Below are positions 1-7,973 of a stretch of DNA of 64,000 nt, piece after piece. Source of the stretch: Planctomycetota bacterium (GTDB lineage: Bacteria > Planctomycetota > SZUA-567 > H5-PLA8); assembly GCA_035628505.1 (NCBI GenBank), contig DASPJR010000215.1, forward strand, positions 1,808 to 65,807, read 5' to 3'. The notes under the pieces were generated by a model that saw nothing but the letters and a program-made list of their open reading frames with translations, ran no database searches and had not been told where the DNA came from. A program made the position numbers and the translations under genes. Numbering within the stretch: the stretch's first letter is position 1; the number at the start of each line of letters is the position of its first letter.

Positions 1-647
1 ATACGGGAATGGTTTCGCCGGCGGAATTCATCCCGCTGGCCGAGGAAAACGGGCTCATCGTTCCGATGACCTGGTGGGTATTGAAAGAAGCGTGCCGGCA
101 GATGCGCGACTGGAAAAACTCCGGCAAGTGCAACGGCCTGAAGTACATGAACGTTAATCTCTCCAGCAAAATGTTCATGCAGCCCAACCTGGTGGCGCGC
201 ATCAAGAGCATCCTGGACGAATTCGGCATTGAGCCGAGCACTTTAAAACTGGAGATCACTGAATCGGCGCTCATGGAGTACACGGATTCGGCGGCGGCCG
301 CGTTCGACCAGCTCAAGGCGCTGAACATCTCCCTGGTACTCGACGACTTCGGAACGGGCTATTCGTCGCTCAGTTATCTGCACCGCTTCCCGCTCGACGT
401 TCTGAAAATCGATCGTTCTTTCGTCAGCTACATGGGAACGGGAACAGGCAACACCGAAATCGTCCGCACCATTGTGACGCTCGCGCAGAACCTGAAAATG
501 GAGTCCGTCGCCGAAGGCGTGGAAACGCCGCTGCAATCCGAGCGTCTCAAAGGATTGAACTGCCGCTATGCGCAGGGCTATCTCTATTCGAAGCCCATCT
601 CCGGTGAAAAAATTACGGAACTGCTTGCCACCCAACCGCGCTGGTGA
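1..647 (+). CDS. EAL-domain protein (c-di-GMP phosphodiesterase-like), 5'-truncated by window edge
   Basis: ORF 9..647 is open to the window start. Translation has EAL-domain hallmarks (KLEITES, DDFGTGYSSLSYL, KIDRSF, QGYLYSKP). Stop at 645-647. Confidence 0.8.
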   Translation, partial: TGMVSPAEFIPLAEENGLIVPMTWWVLKEACRQMRDWKNSGKCNGLKYMNVNLSSKMFMQPNLVARIKSILDEFGIEPSTLKLEITESALMEYTDSAAAAFDQLKALNISLVLDDFGTGYSSLSYLHRFPLDVLKIDRSFVSYMGTGTGNTEIVRTIVTLAQNLKMESVAEGVETPLQSERLKGLNCRYAQGYLYSKPISGEKITELLATQPRW

Positions 648-738
648 AATCAACGGAACGACTCAGCACGAAGTTACAGAGACACCAAGACACACATCTT
701 TGTGCCTTTGAGTCTTCGTGTTGGCTGTTTAAACAGAC

Positions 739-3700
739 TTAACGCTTTATCGCATCGGGCACTTCCAGCACGCAGCGGAAGCCGCAGTGCGTGCCCAGGC
801 CCACGGCGGAGTAGTTCCAGCGGTAGGTAGAACGGCATTCGTTGTAGTCATCGATCCATCCGCCGCCACGCATCACGCGTTCATCACCCGCGTTGGCGTG
901 CGGGGGTCCTTTGGGATCCATTGTCGTCGACTGCGCATACCAGTTTTCGCTGTAGTGGTCGGAGACCCATTCGCGCGCATTGCCGTGCATGTCATAAAGC
1001 CCCCATGCATTGGGCTTTTTTCGTCCGACCGGTTGTGTCCGGCCTGATGAATTCTCTCCGATCCACGCAGCTTCCTTCAGATCCTCTTTGCTGTTGCCGT
1101 TGTTGAACACGGTCGACGTGCCGGCGCGGCATGCGTATTCCCATTCTGCTTCCGTCGGCAGGCGGAACTGTATTTTGCGCAAGCGTGAGACACGCTTGCA
1201 GTATTCCGTTACGTCGGTCCAGGTGAGCGAGATAACCGGCGAGTCGTCCCCTTGTTCAAAACCAGGAGTGCGCCAATTCAATCCTTCAACTTTCTGCCAC
1301 TGCCCGTCTTTCATCGTGTAGCTATAGCCAAGTTTTTCGGCGTGTGATTGAAACCGCGCGCCATTGGCAAACGTTTTGAACTGCGCAACGGTGGTCTCGT
1401 ATTTCGCCAGGTAAAACGGCCGGCTGATGGAAACGCGGTGCACCGGCTTCTCGTTGGCGCCGCCGGTGTCGGAGCCCATCATGAATTCGCCGGCTGGAAT
1501 CAACACGAACTCCATCTTCACGCCGTTACCCACATCGAGAGTAATCTCTTTTGCGAGTGACTCGCTTGCTTTGTAGTTTGGCGGCGGCGCGTAGTTCATC
1601 CAGAATTCAGCCGCGGGTTTTCCATTGATGGTCTTCAAGTTGGCGAGCTGTTTCAGCCCCGACAGGTCGGCGCCGCCCGCGTAGGAAAATTCGCGCAGCG
1701 TGGTGATGCCTCCAAGCGCGCTCACGTTCAACGCATCTATTTTTGGCAACGCGAGAATTTCCAGAGGAGCTGCCTTCAATGGGGAGAGGTCCGTTATTCT
1801 CGTCCCGCCTTCAATGTACAGTACTTTCAATGGCGCCTGCTGCAGCGGAGAGAGATCTGAAATGCTCGTAAAGGCGCAATGCAGAACCTGCAGCGGCATT
1901 CCGCGCAGCGGCTCCAGGCTTTGGACCGGAGTGTTGGCAAAGGCCAGCTGAACGAGGCTCATGCCTTTGAGCGCCGAAAGGTCCTGAACCAGGGTGTTGC
2001 CGATCGTGAGCACGACAAGTGGCATGCCCTTCAGCGGCGAGAGATCCGCTACGCGGCTTCGCGTAATTTCGAGGCGTTCAAGCATCAGTCCGCGAAGCGC
2101 GGACAAGTCCGTGACGTTGTTCAGCGCTTCGAGCTTTCCCTTTACCACGCCCGTGCACTTCAGAAAACGCAGATCACGCAACGCGCGCACCGGCCAGATA
2201 TTGGAAAGCGCCTCACTTTCGATTTTGAGCTCGGTCACGCGGCCGTCGATGATCTGATGTGTCTGGGCGCCGTCGTATCCCGGGTTGAGTTCACGCAGTT
2301 TCGCAACGACCGCATCGACTTGTGCGGCAGGCGGAAGTTTCTGAACAGATGCGACCCACGCATCCGATGGCTGCGGGTTCCTGTCGGCGGGATCCTGACT
2401 TTTGGCACCTGCATTTGCCGTTTTCGACGCGTCATCCGGCTGCACCGAGGCGGGCTGATTTGCAGTCGCGCTTGTCGCGGTCGCTGGATCTTTGCGGGTG
2501 AGCGCAAAAATGAAAATCAGCACGCCGGCCAGCGCAATCACGCTCGCGATCAGCATTGGCATGGAACTTTTAGCCGCTGGCGTGCGGCGATCTTCCTGGC
2601 GGCGGTCCGCCCGCGAATTTCCATCACTGCGGCGCCGGCCGCCGCTTCTGACGGCGCGCATGGCGATGCTGGATTTGCCGATCGCCAGCACGGGACTGCT
2701 CGGCATCTTACCGCTCAAAACCAGTTCGAGATCAGCGATCAGTTCGGCGCAACTGGCGTAGCGGTCGGCCGGGTCCTTGGCCATCATTTTCTGCAGCACC
2801 ACGACGACCGAATCGGGAATGCCTTCGCGCACATCTTGCGGATTGGGCAATTCTTCCGTCAGATGCTTCATCATGATCAGCGCCGGCGAACTGCCGTCGA
2901 AGGGCGTCTGTCCCGTCAGCAGATGATAGAGGGTCGCGCCTAGAGAGTAGATATCCGTGCGGCCATCGATCGTCTTCTCGCCGCGGGCCTGCTCGGGCGA
3001 GATGTAAAGCGGTGTTCCCATCGCGATGCCCGTCTGCGTCATGTAAGAATGTTCGGCCTCGGCAAGGTTCTTCGAAAGCCCCATGTCCAGGATCCTGGCG
3101 ACTCCGTTGGGGTTGCCTGAGCCAGGCGTCGCAGAAGGACTGCTGGCAATAAAAATGTTCGCGGGCTTGATGTCGCGGTGAATGATGCCGTGCTGATGCG
3201 CATGCTGCAGCCCGCGCGCGACCTGCAGCGTAAAATCAACCGCCTTCTGCCACTCAAGGGCCTGCTCGCGTTCCTGGATCTTGTCGAGCGGCTCGCCCTC
3301 GCAGTACTCCATCACGTAATAATGGTTGCCGAGTTCCTCGCCGACGGTGAAGGCGGAAACAATGTTTTCATGGTTGAGTTTGCCGGCGGCTTTGGCTTCG
3401 CGGCGGAAGCGCGAGACAAACTGCGGATCGGCGGCGTATTTGGGCGGAAGAACTTTGATCGCGACCTTGCGCTGCATGGCCGTGTCTTCGCCCAGGTACA
3501 CGGCGCCCATGCCGCCTTCGCCAAGTTTTTTCAGAAGCCTGTAATTGCCCAGCTGCTGCATGCCCGTCTGCTGGGCCTGCAGCTTTTTCTCGACGTTCTC
3601 TTTCATCGCGGGCGTGAGAATGCCCTGCTGCACGAGCACGTCGCCCAGCGAGAGCAGAACGCCTTTGCTCGCGTGTTCGGATTGAACTGCTTTGGCGGCT

Positions 3701-3774
3701 TCGAGCTGGTCTAAAGTGGCGGTGCCGATCTGGTTGAGATACTGCGCAAGGGCTTCATCGGAAATGCCAGCCAT
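739..3774 (-). CDS. Ser/Thr protein kinase - TM - leucine-rich repeat - FGE-sulfatase (SUMF1-like) domain fusion protein
   Basis: 1011-aa ORF. N-terminus has Hanks kinase motifs (GEGGMGAVY, AIK, HRDIKPANI, DMGLSK, PEQ). A hydrophobic TM segment follows (IASVIALAGVLIFIFAL). The middle has about 22-aa LRR repeats ending in DLSPL. The C-terminal about 250 aa is an FGE-sulfatase-like fold (VLIPAGEFMMGSD...NAWGLYDMHGNAREWV...RVMRGGGW...GFRCV). Confidence 0.9.
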   Translation of the reverse strand: MAGISDEALAQYLNQIGTATLDQLEAAKAVQSEHASKGVLLSLGDVLVQQGILTPAMKENVEKKLQAQQTGMQQLGNYRLLKKLGEGGMGAVYLGEDTAMQRKVAIKVLPPKYAADPQFVSRFRREAKAAGKLNHENIVSAFTVGEELGNHYYVMEYCEGEPLDKIQEREQALEWQKAVDFTLQVARGLQHAHQHGIIHRDIKPANIFIASSPSATPGSGNPNGVARILDMGLSKNLAEAEHSYMTQTGIAMGTPLYISPEQARGEKTIDGRTDIYSLGATLYHLLTGQTPFDGSSPALIMMKHLTEELPNPQDVREGIPDSVVVVLQKMMAKDPADRYASCAELIADLELVLSGKMPSSPVLAIGKSSIAMRAVRSGGRRRSDGNSRADRRQEDRRTPAAKSSMPMLIASVIALAGVLIFIFALTRKDPATATSATANQPASVQPDDASKTANAGAKSQDPADRNPQPSDAWVASVQKLPPAAQVDAVVAKLRELNPGYDGAQTHQIIDGRVTELKIESEALSNIWPVRALRDLRFLKCTGVVKGKLEALNNVTDLSALRGLMLERLEITRSRVADLSPLKGMPLVVLTIGNTLVQDLSALKGMSLVQLAFANTPVQSLEPLRGMPLQVLHCAFTSISDLSPLQQAPLKVLYIEGGTRITDLSPLKAAPLEILALPKIDALNVSALGGITTLREFSYAGGADLSGLKQLANLKTINGKPAAEFWMNYAPPPNYKASESLAKEITLDVGNGVKMEFVLIPAGEFMMGSDTGGANEKPVHRVSISRPFYLAKYETTVAQFKTFANGARFQSHAEKLGYSYTMKDGQWQKVEGLNWRTPGFEQGDDSPVISLTWTDVTEYCKRVSRLRKIQFRLPTEAEWEYACRAGTSTVFNNGNSKEDLKEAAWIGENSSGRTQPVGRKKPNAWGLYDMHGNAREWVSDHYSENWYAQSTTMDPKGPPHANAGDERVMRGGGWIDDYNECRSTYRWNYSAVGLGTHCGFRCVLEVPDAIKR

Positions 3775-3792
3775 GAGGGCGCGAACTCAAAC

Positions 3793-3880
3793 CAGGGTTC
3801 AGGGGCTAGGGTCTAGGGTTTAGGTCAGGGTTCAAACCCTGGACCCTAAACCCTGAACCCTGTTTTTCATTATTTCTTAT
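3793..3880. promoter_or_regulatory. Imperfect 25-bp-arm palindrome built from AGGGTT/AACCCT (TTAGGG-like) units, followed on the + strand by a T-tract. Hairpin or terminator-like element between carA and the kinase gene.
   Basis: cagggttcaggggctagggtctagggtttaggtcagggtt-ca-aaccctggaccctaaaccctgaaccctg, then tgtttttcattatttctt. Both flanking genes are on the minus strand. Confidence 0.5.
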
Positions 3881-5045
3881 GCTTTAAAATCAGTTCGCGG
3901 AAGCGGCCGAACAGGTAAAAGCTGTCGTGCGGTCCGGGCGAGGCTTCCGGGTGGTATTGCACCGAGAAGGCCGGCACTTCCTTGTGGCTGAGGCCCTCAA
4001 CTGTCTTGTCGTTCAGGTTCACGTGAGTGACCTTCACGGCGCCACCGAGGCTCTCGGGATCGACCGCAAAGCCGTGATTCTGGCTGGTGATCTCGACCTT
4101 GCCTTTATCGATCTCCAGCACGGGCTGATTGGCGCCGCGGTGTCCGAACTTCAGCTTGAAGGTTCGCCCACCGAACGCCAGGCCCATGAGCTGGTGGCCA
4201 AGGCAGATGCCAAAGAGCGGCGCTTTGCCGGCCACGCCGCGGATCATCTCGGGAGCCCCCGTAACGGCTGCCGGATCGCCCGGACCGTTCGAGAGGAACA
4301 CGCCATCGGGCTTGGTCGCGAGGACATCGGCGGCCGTTGCCGTTGCCGGGAGAACCGTTACGTCCGCGCCGGTTTCAACCAGGCAGCGCAGGATGTTGGT
4401 CTTCACGCCAAAATCGACGCACGTGACCTTGTAACGCGGGCCGCTTTCACGCGGCGCGTTTCGGTCGGTCGACTGATCGTGATCGAAGCCCTTTAAAAAC
4501 CCTTCTTTCCACTGATAGCTTTCTTTGCAGCTCACTTTTGACGCCAGGTTCCAGCCTTCCATCTTTGGCGAGCTGCGCGCCTTGTCGACCAGATCGGCGT
4601 CGCTCAGCTTCGCCGACGCTTCCGAGCACGCCAGGATGCCGCGCATCACGCCCGACGAGCGCAGTTTGCGCGTCAGCGCGCGCGTATCGATGTTGTCGAT
4701 GCCGGGAATGCCGGCCTTGGCCAGGTAGCCGGAGAGGTCGTCGTCCGAGCGGAAGTTGCTGCGAATCGCGCTGAGCTCACGGATGACAAAGCCTTCGACC
4801 TGCGGCTTTTGCGATTCCACGTCTGCCGTGTTCACGCCGTAATTGCCGATCAGCGGGTAGGTCATCGTCACGATCTGGCCGGTGTAGGACGGATCGGTCA
4901 GAATCTCCTGGTAGCCGGCCATTGACGTATTGAAGACCACCTCGCCGGTGCGGTCGAGTCGCGCGCCGAAACCACGGCCGGTATAGATCGTGCCGTCTTC
5001 CAGCGCAAGCCGGGCAACGGGATAGGCAGACGTGCTTGCTGGCAT
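3870..5045 (-). CDS. carA: carbamoyl-phosphate synthase small (glutamine amidotransferase) subunit
   Basis: Translation has CarA signatures (GFGARLDRTGEVVFNTSMAGYQEILTDPSYTGQIV...YPLIGNYGVN) and the GATase triad region (GICLGHQL). I chose the internal ATG at 5045 (MPASTSAYP...) because RBS aaaggaa lies just upstream. The ORF-track start at 5192 would add a non-homologous 49-aa extension. Confidence 0.9.
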   Translation of the reverse strand: MPASTSAYPVARLALEDGTIYTGRGFGARLDRTGEVVFNTSMAGYQEILTDPSYTGQIVTMTYPLIGNYGVNTADVESQKPQVEGFVIRELSAIRSNFRSDDDLSGYLAKAGIPGIDNIDTRALTRKLRSSGVMRGILACSEASAKLSDADLVDKARSSPKMEGWNLASKVSCKESYQWKEGFLKGFDHDQSTDRNAPRESGPRYKVTCVDFGVKTNILRCLVETGADVTVLPATATAADVLATKPDGVFLSNGPGDPAAVTGAPEMIRGVAGKAPLFGICLGHQLMGLAFGGRTFKLKFGHRGANQPVLEIDKGKVEITSQNHGFAVDPESLGGAVKVTHVNLNDKTVEGLSHKEVPAFSVQYHPEASPGPHDSFYLFGRFRELILKHKK

Positions 5046-5204
5046 AGTGTTCCTTTTAGGCTTTAGTCCACGCCGCAGCCGTAGCGTGTGAACAAAAAGA
5101 AGCGTCGTCGTTACAGAGTAAAAGCCGGCGGAAAGCCGGCTCTCAACACTTGTTTCAAAGGAGTTCTGTATCACACTCAGCGCAGTTGGCAAGCGATTCT
5201 AGAG

Positions 5205-5232
5205 CTGATGATGATGCATGATGCATGATACG
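5205..5232. promoter_or_regulatory. Tandem GATGCAT repeats (gatgatgatgcatgatgcatgata) in the carA / mazG-like divergent promoter region. Candidate operator.
   Basis: Direct tandem of the ATGCAT palindrome read from the sequence. Position is between the divergent starts at 5045 (-) and 5293 (+). Confidence 0.3.
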
Positions 5233-5292
5233 TAAAAAGCAGGTCGCGCAGGCCGTTTGCATCATGTATCAGCAGTCCCCCTTGGAGGCCCC

Positions 5293-5586
5293 ATGGAAAT
5301 TCGTGAATTTCAGCAGCTGATGGCAAAGACGTATCTTGAAAAAGACAAGGCGCGCGGCACGCCGGCAACTTTTATGTGGTTTATGGAGGAAGTCGGCGAA
5401 CTGGCGACGGCCTTGCGTGAACAGACTAAAGAGGAGCAGATGGGCGAGTTTGCAGACGTTTACGCCTGGTTGATGACACTGGCCAATCTCGCCGGTGTAG
5501 ATATGCAGGAAGCCCTGGCGAAATACGGTAGCGGCTGCTGTGGATGCAACACCGTTCCCTGCTCCTGCGTAGGCGAAAAACCGTAA
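5293..5586 (+). CDS. small MazG-like nucleotide pyrophosphohydrolase family protein with Cys-rich C-terminal tail
   Basis: Start MEIREFQQLM at 5293 with GGAGG 4 nt upstream. EEVGELAtA...E.aDV..w pattern is typical of the all-alpha MazG/NTP-PPase fold. C-terminus is GSGCCGCNTVPCSCVGEKP. Confidence 0.7.
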   Translation: MEIREFQQLMAKTYLEKDKARGTPATFMWFMEEVGELATALREQTKEEQMGEFADVYAWLMTLANLAGVDMQEALAKYGSGCCGCNTVPCSCVGEKP

Positions 5587-5742
5587 TTTGTGACGCGCCG
5601 GGCTTTTTGCTGTTTTGAAAAGAAGAGTTCACAACATGCGTTTTTGACAACACCTGAAACGTGGAGTCAAATTATAGCAGGCGTCGAGTTCCCGAGTGAG
5701 GGGCGTGACCTTTTAGATGGTTCTAACGATTGTGAATGACGC

Positions 5743-7731
5743 ATGGTTCCATTCAACCCCTCTCGCACACTCCGGCTCAGCCTAAAGTGCGTTGCGCTGC
5801 TCATCCTGCTCGGTGTCGGCTTTTACAGCTTCCCGCCGTTTGCCCATAAAAGTGTTTCCGCCTCCCTCAGCACGTACGTGTACTGGTTTGGCTGGCTTTC
5901 TCTTGCCGGCGCCTGGTTCTGGGACGGCTGGCTCAGCGCACTGGCGGCACGTATTAAAATGCAGTCGCGTATCCGCGCGGCCATGCCCTCATCGGGTTCC
6001 GAGCTCAATGGCTTGACCGCGGCGGCTGTGGCGATCAAGCAGCGGCAGGAAGAGCGCGCGCTTTATATCCTCGAAAATCTTTCATCCAAGTCTCCCGCGC
6101 CGGATGTGCTGAAGACGCGCCGCTGGCTGGCGGCGCTGGCTAGCGCCAGCTGGATGGAGCGCCAGCGCCCTCCCAGGCCGCTGAGTTCACACCACCGTTT
6201 CCCGCAGCTTCAGGCGCTGGTGCTCAGCCACGGATTGCAGCGCCTTCCGCTTCGCCAGCCGGCGCTGGAGCGCGAACTGACAGAGGCCACGTCGGCGGAC
6301 CTGGACGCGCTGGCGCAGGACTATATCAGCCTGGTGGATGTTCTCGTTGAATCCCTATGCGACCGGGAGCAGCCCTTTGCCGCAGAAGCTGAGGACCTGC
6401 TTGCGTTCACAACAGGCCGTGTTTTCATTCTCAACACGCGCGAGCGGTATTCGACCTGGTGGCAGGGTATTCGTCCGGTGCTGCTGCGCGGCGGCGGAGC
6501 GCTGATTGTCGGCGTACGGCTGCTGGAGCGCGAACTCTACGCCGAAGGCGCACAGCTGCTCAACAGCCTCGCGCGCGAGGGCCTGCTCTCGAAGGAAGCC
6601 GATACTATTCGCCGCGCGGCTGGATTCCTGGCCTTGCTGCCGCTCTGGCGCATGACCAGCAGCGACATTCCGCGCTACTTCAGTGAAGGCTACTACTACA
6701 TGGCGCCGGAGATGGGCGTGCTGCGCTTCCCCATGGCCGAGCTGCCCGAGGTCGAAAGCTGCTGCCGCCGCGGAAAAATTCTGCGCGACAGCAAAAAGAC
6801 GCTGATCGAAGACACACTGGAGCTCTGGGAAAGCTTTGGCGACCAGCTCGCCGCGCCACTTTCGCTGCTGCTTAAGCGGCTGCTGGAACATAAAGGGCGG
6901 CAATGCCCCGCGCGCCTGGGGTTCTGGCGCGAGCAGTGGATCAGCCGCAAGGACACCTTTGATCAGTACGTGGCGCTGTTGATGGACGGCATCGCGGCGG
7001 CCGCTTCCGGCCGCATGGGGCAGGCGCTGAAGCTGTTCCGAGACGCGGCGCGCGTCGAACCGACATCCAGCGTCGCGCTGGTCAACCAGGTTCACGTGCT
7101 CTTGATGCTCAAGCGCCACGATGAAGCGCGCCGCCTGACGGCTGAGATCTGCGATCGTTTCCCGCAGGACGGCCACGCCTTTATTTCGCTCGGCCGGTTC
7201 ATGGCGGCACAACTTGAGGACTACGACGAAGCCGAAAAACTTTTCAAGCAGGCCTACGCGCTCACCGATCCACAGACCGAAGCGCTGATCTGCCTCGGTG
7301 ACATCAAGTTCATGCAGGGCCTCTACATGGACGCGCAGGATTACTTCAGCTACGCCAAGCAGCTCGATCCAGAGCTGCCCGGGCCGAAGCTGGAACTGGC
7401 GCGCGTGTACATGGAGACGCGTCGCTTCGATCTGGCGATCGAGAATCTCGAATCCGTGGTGGAGGACGGTCCGGAAGAAGCGCGCGATCTGGCGTTCTAT
7501 CTCATGTACAGAACGTACCGCGAAATGGGACAGGACCGCCGCGCGTTTGAATGCCTCGACCGCGTTCCCGCGAAATTCTTCAAAGAGCCGGACGTGCTCG
7601 ACGACATCGCCGGCCACCTCGAGAGCGAACATCAGTACGCCAAGGCGCGCGAATTCTCCGAGCGCGCCATGCTCCTGCGCGCGAACGGCGGCAGCAACAG
7701 TGACGACTCAGACGCGCTCAGCGCGTTCTAG
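5743..7731 (+). CDS. membrane protein with C-terminal TPR repeats
   Basis: 662-aa ORF. N-terminal hydrophobic helices (LLILLGVGFYSF, WFGWLSLAGAWFW). C-terminal third has 34-aa TPR-like repeats (AxxLfkqAyaLdP...). Confidence 0.75.
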   Translation: MVPFNPSRTLRLSLKCVALLILLGVGFYSFPPFAHKSVSASLSTYVYWFGWLSLAGAWFWDGWLSALAARIKMQSRIRAAMPSSGSELNGLTAAAVAIKQRQEERALYILENLSSKSPAPDVLKTRRWLAALASASWMERQRPPRPLSSHHRFPQLQALVLSHGLQRLPLRQPALERELTEATSADLDALAQDYISLVDVLVESLCDREQPFAAEAEDLLAFTTGRVFILNTRERYSTWWQGIRPVLLRGGGALIVGVRLLERELYAEGAQLLNSLAREGLLSKEADTIRRAAGFLALLPLWRMTSSDIPRYFSEGYYYMAPEMGVLRFPMAELPEVESCCRRGKILRDSKKTLIEDTLELWESFGDQLAAPLSLLLKRLLEHKGRQCPARLGFWREQWISRKDTFDQYVALLMDGIAAAASGRMGQALKLFRDAARVEPTSSVALVNQVHVLLMLKRHDEARRLTAEICDRFPQDGHAFISLGRFMAAQLEDYDEAEKLFKQAYALTDPQTEALICLGDIKFMQGLYMDAQDYFSYAKQLDPELPGPKLELARVYMETRRFDLAIENLESVVEDGPEEARDLAFYLMYRTYREMGQDRRAFECLDRVPAKFFKEPDVLDDIAGHLESEHQYAKAREFSERAMLLRANGGSNSDDSDALSAF

Positions 7732-7795
7732 TAACCCGTGCCGGCGAGCTCTGCATTTCCTTCAATAGACAGCTGCACAACGCGATTGCACCTCG

Positions 7796-7811
7796 TTTGC
7801 ACGCGTGCAAA
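7796..7811. other. Perfect 16-bp palindrome TTTGCACGCGTGCAAA (flanked by cgattg...caatcg) in a convergent intergenic region
   Basis: Read directly from the sequence. Lies between the + strand TPR gene end (7731) and the - strand DUF1501 gene end (7974). Confidence 0.4.
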
Positions 7812-7973
7812 CAATCGAAAATGTCCGAGTTTTTCAAAACAATGCAGATAACCTCGCTTGCAAGTTTGCTGTCTAAAACAAGTTCCGCGGGAAGGTGAAA
7901 TTTTAGGAAAAAATCGGTCGCAGATGGCCCTGGCAAATCGTCTTAGTATAGTGAGGAGAGAGCGCGAAAAGCC

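Noticed and set aside
1879-2943. 354-aa plus-strand ORF inside the kinase gene
   Set aside because: It is antisense to a well-supported 1011-aa gene. Its Arg/His-rich composition is typical of high-GC antisense frames.
3870-5192. 440-aa extended CarA ORF
   Set aside because: The N-terminal 49 residues have no CarA homology. An internal ATG with a strong RBS matches the canonical CarA N-terminus.
6355-7632. 425-aa minus-strand ORF
   Set aside because: It is antisense to the TPR membrane protein gene and shows no domain signal.
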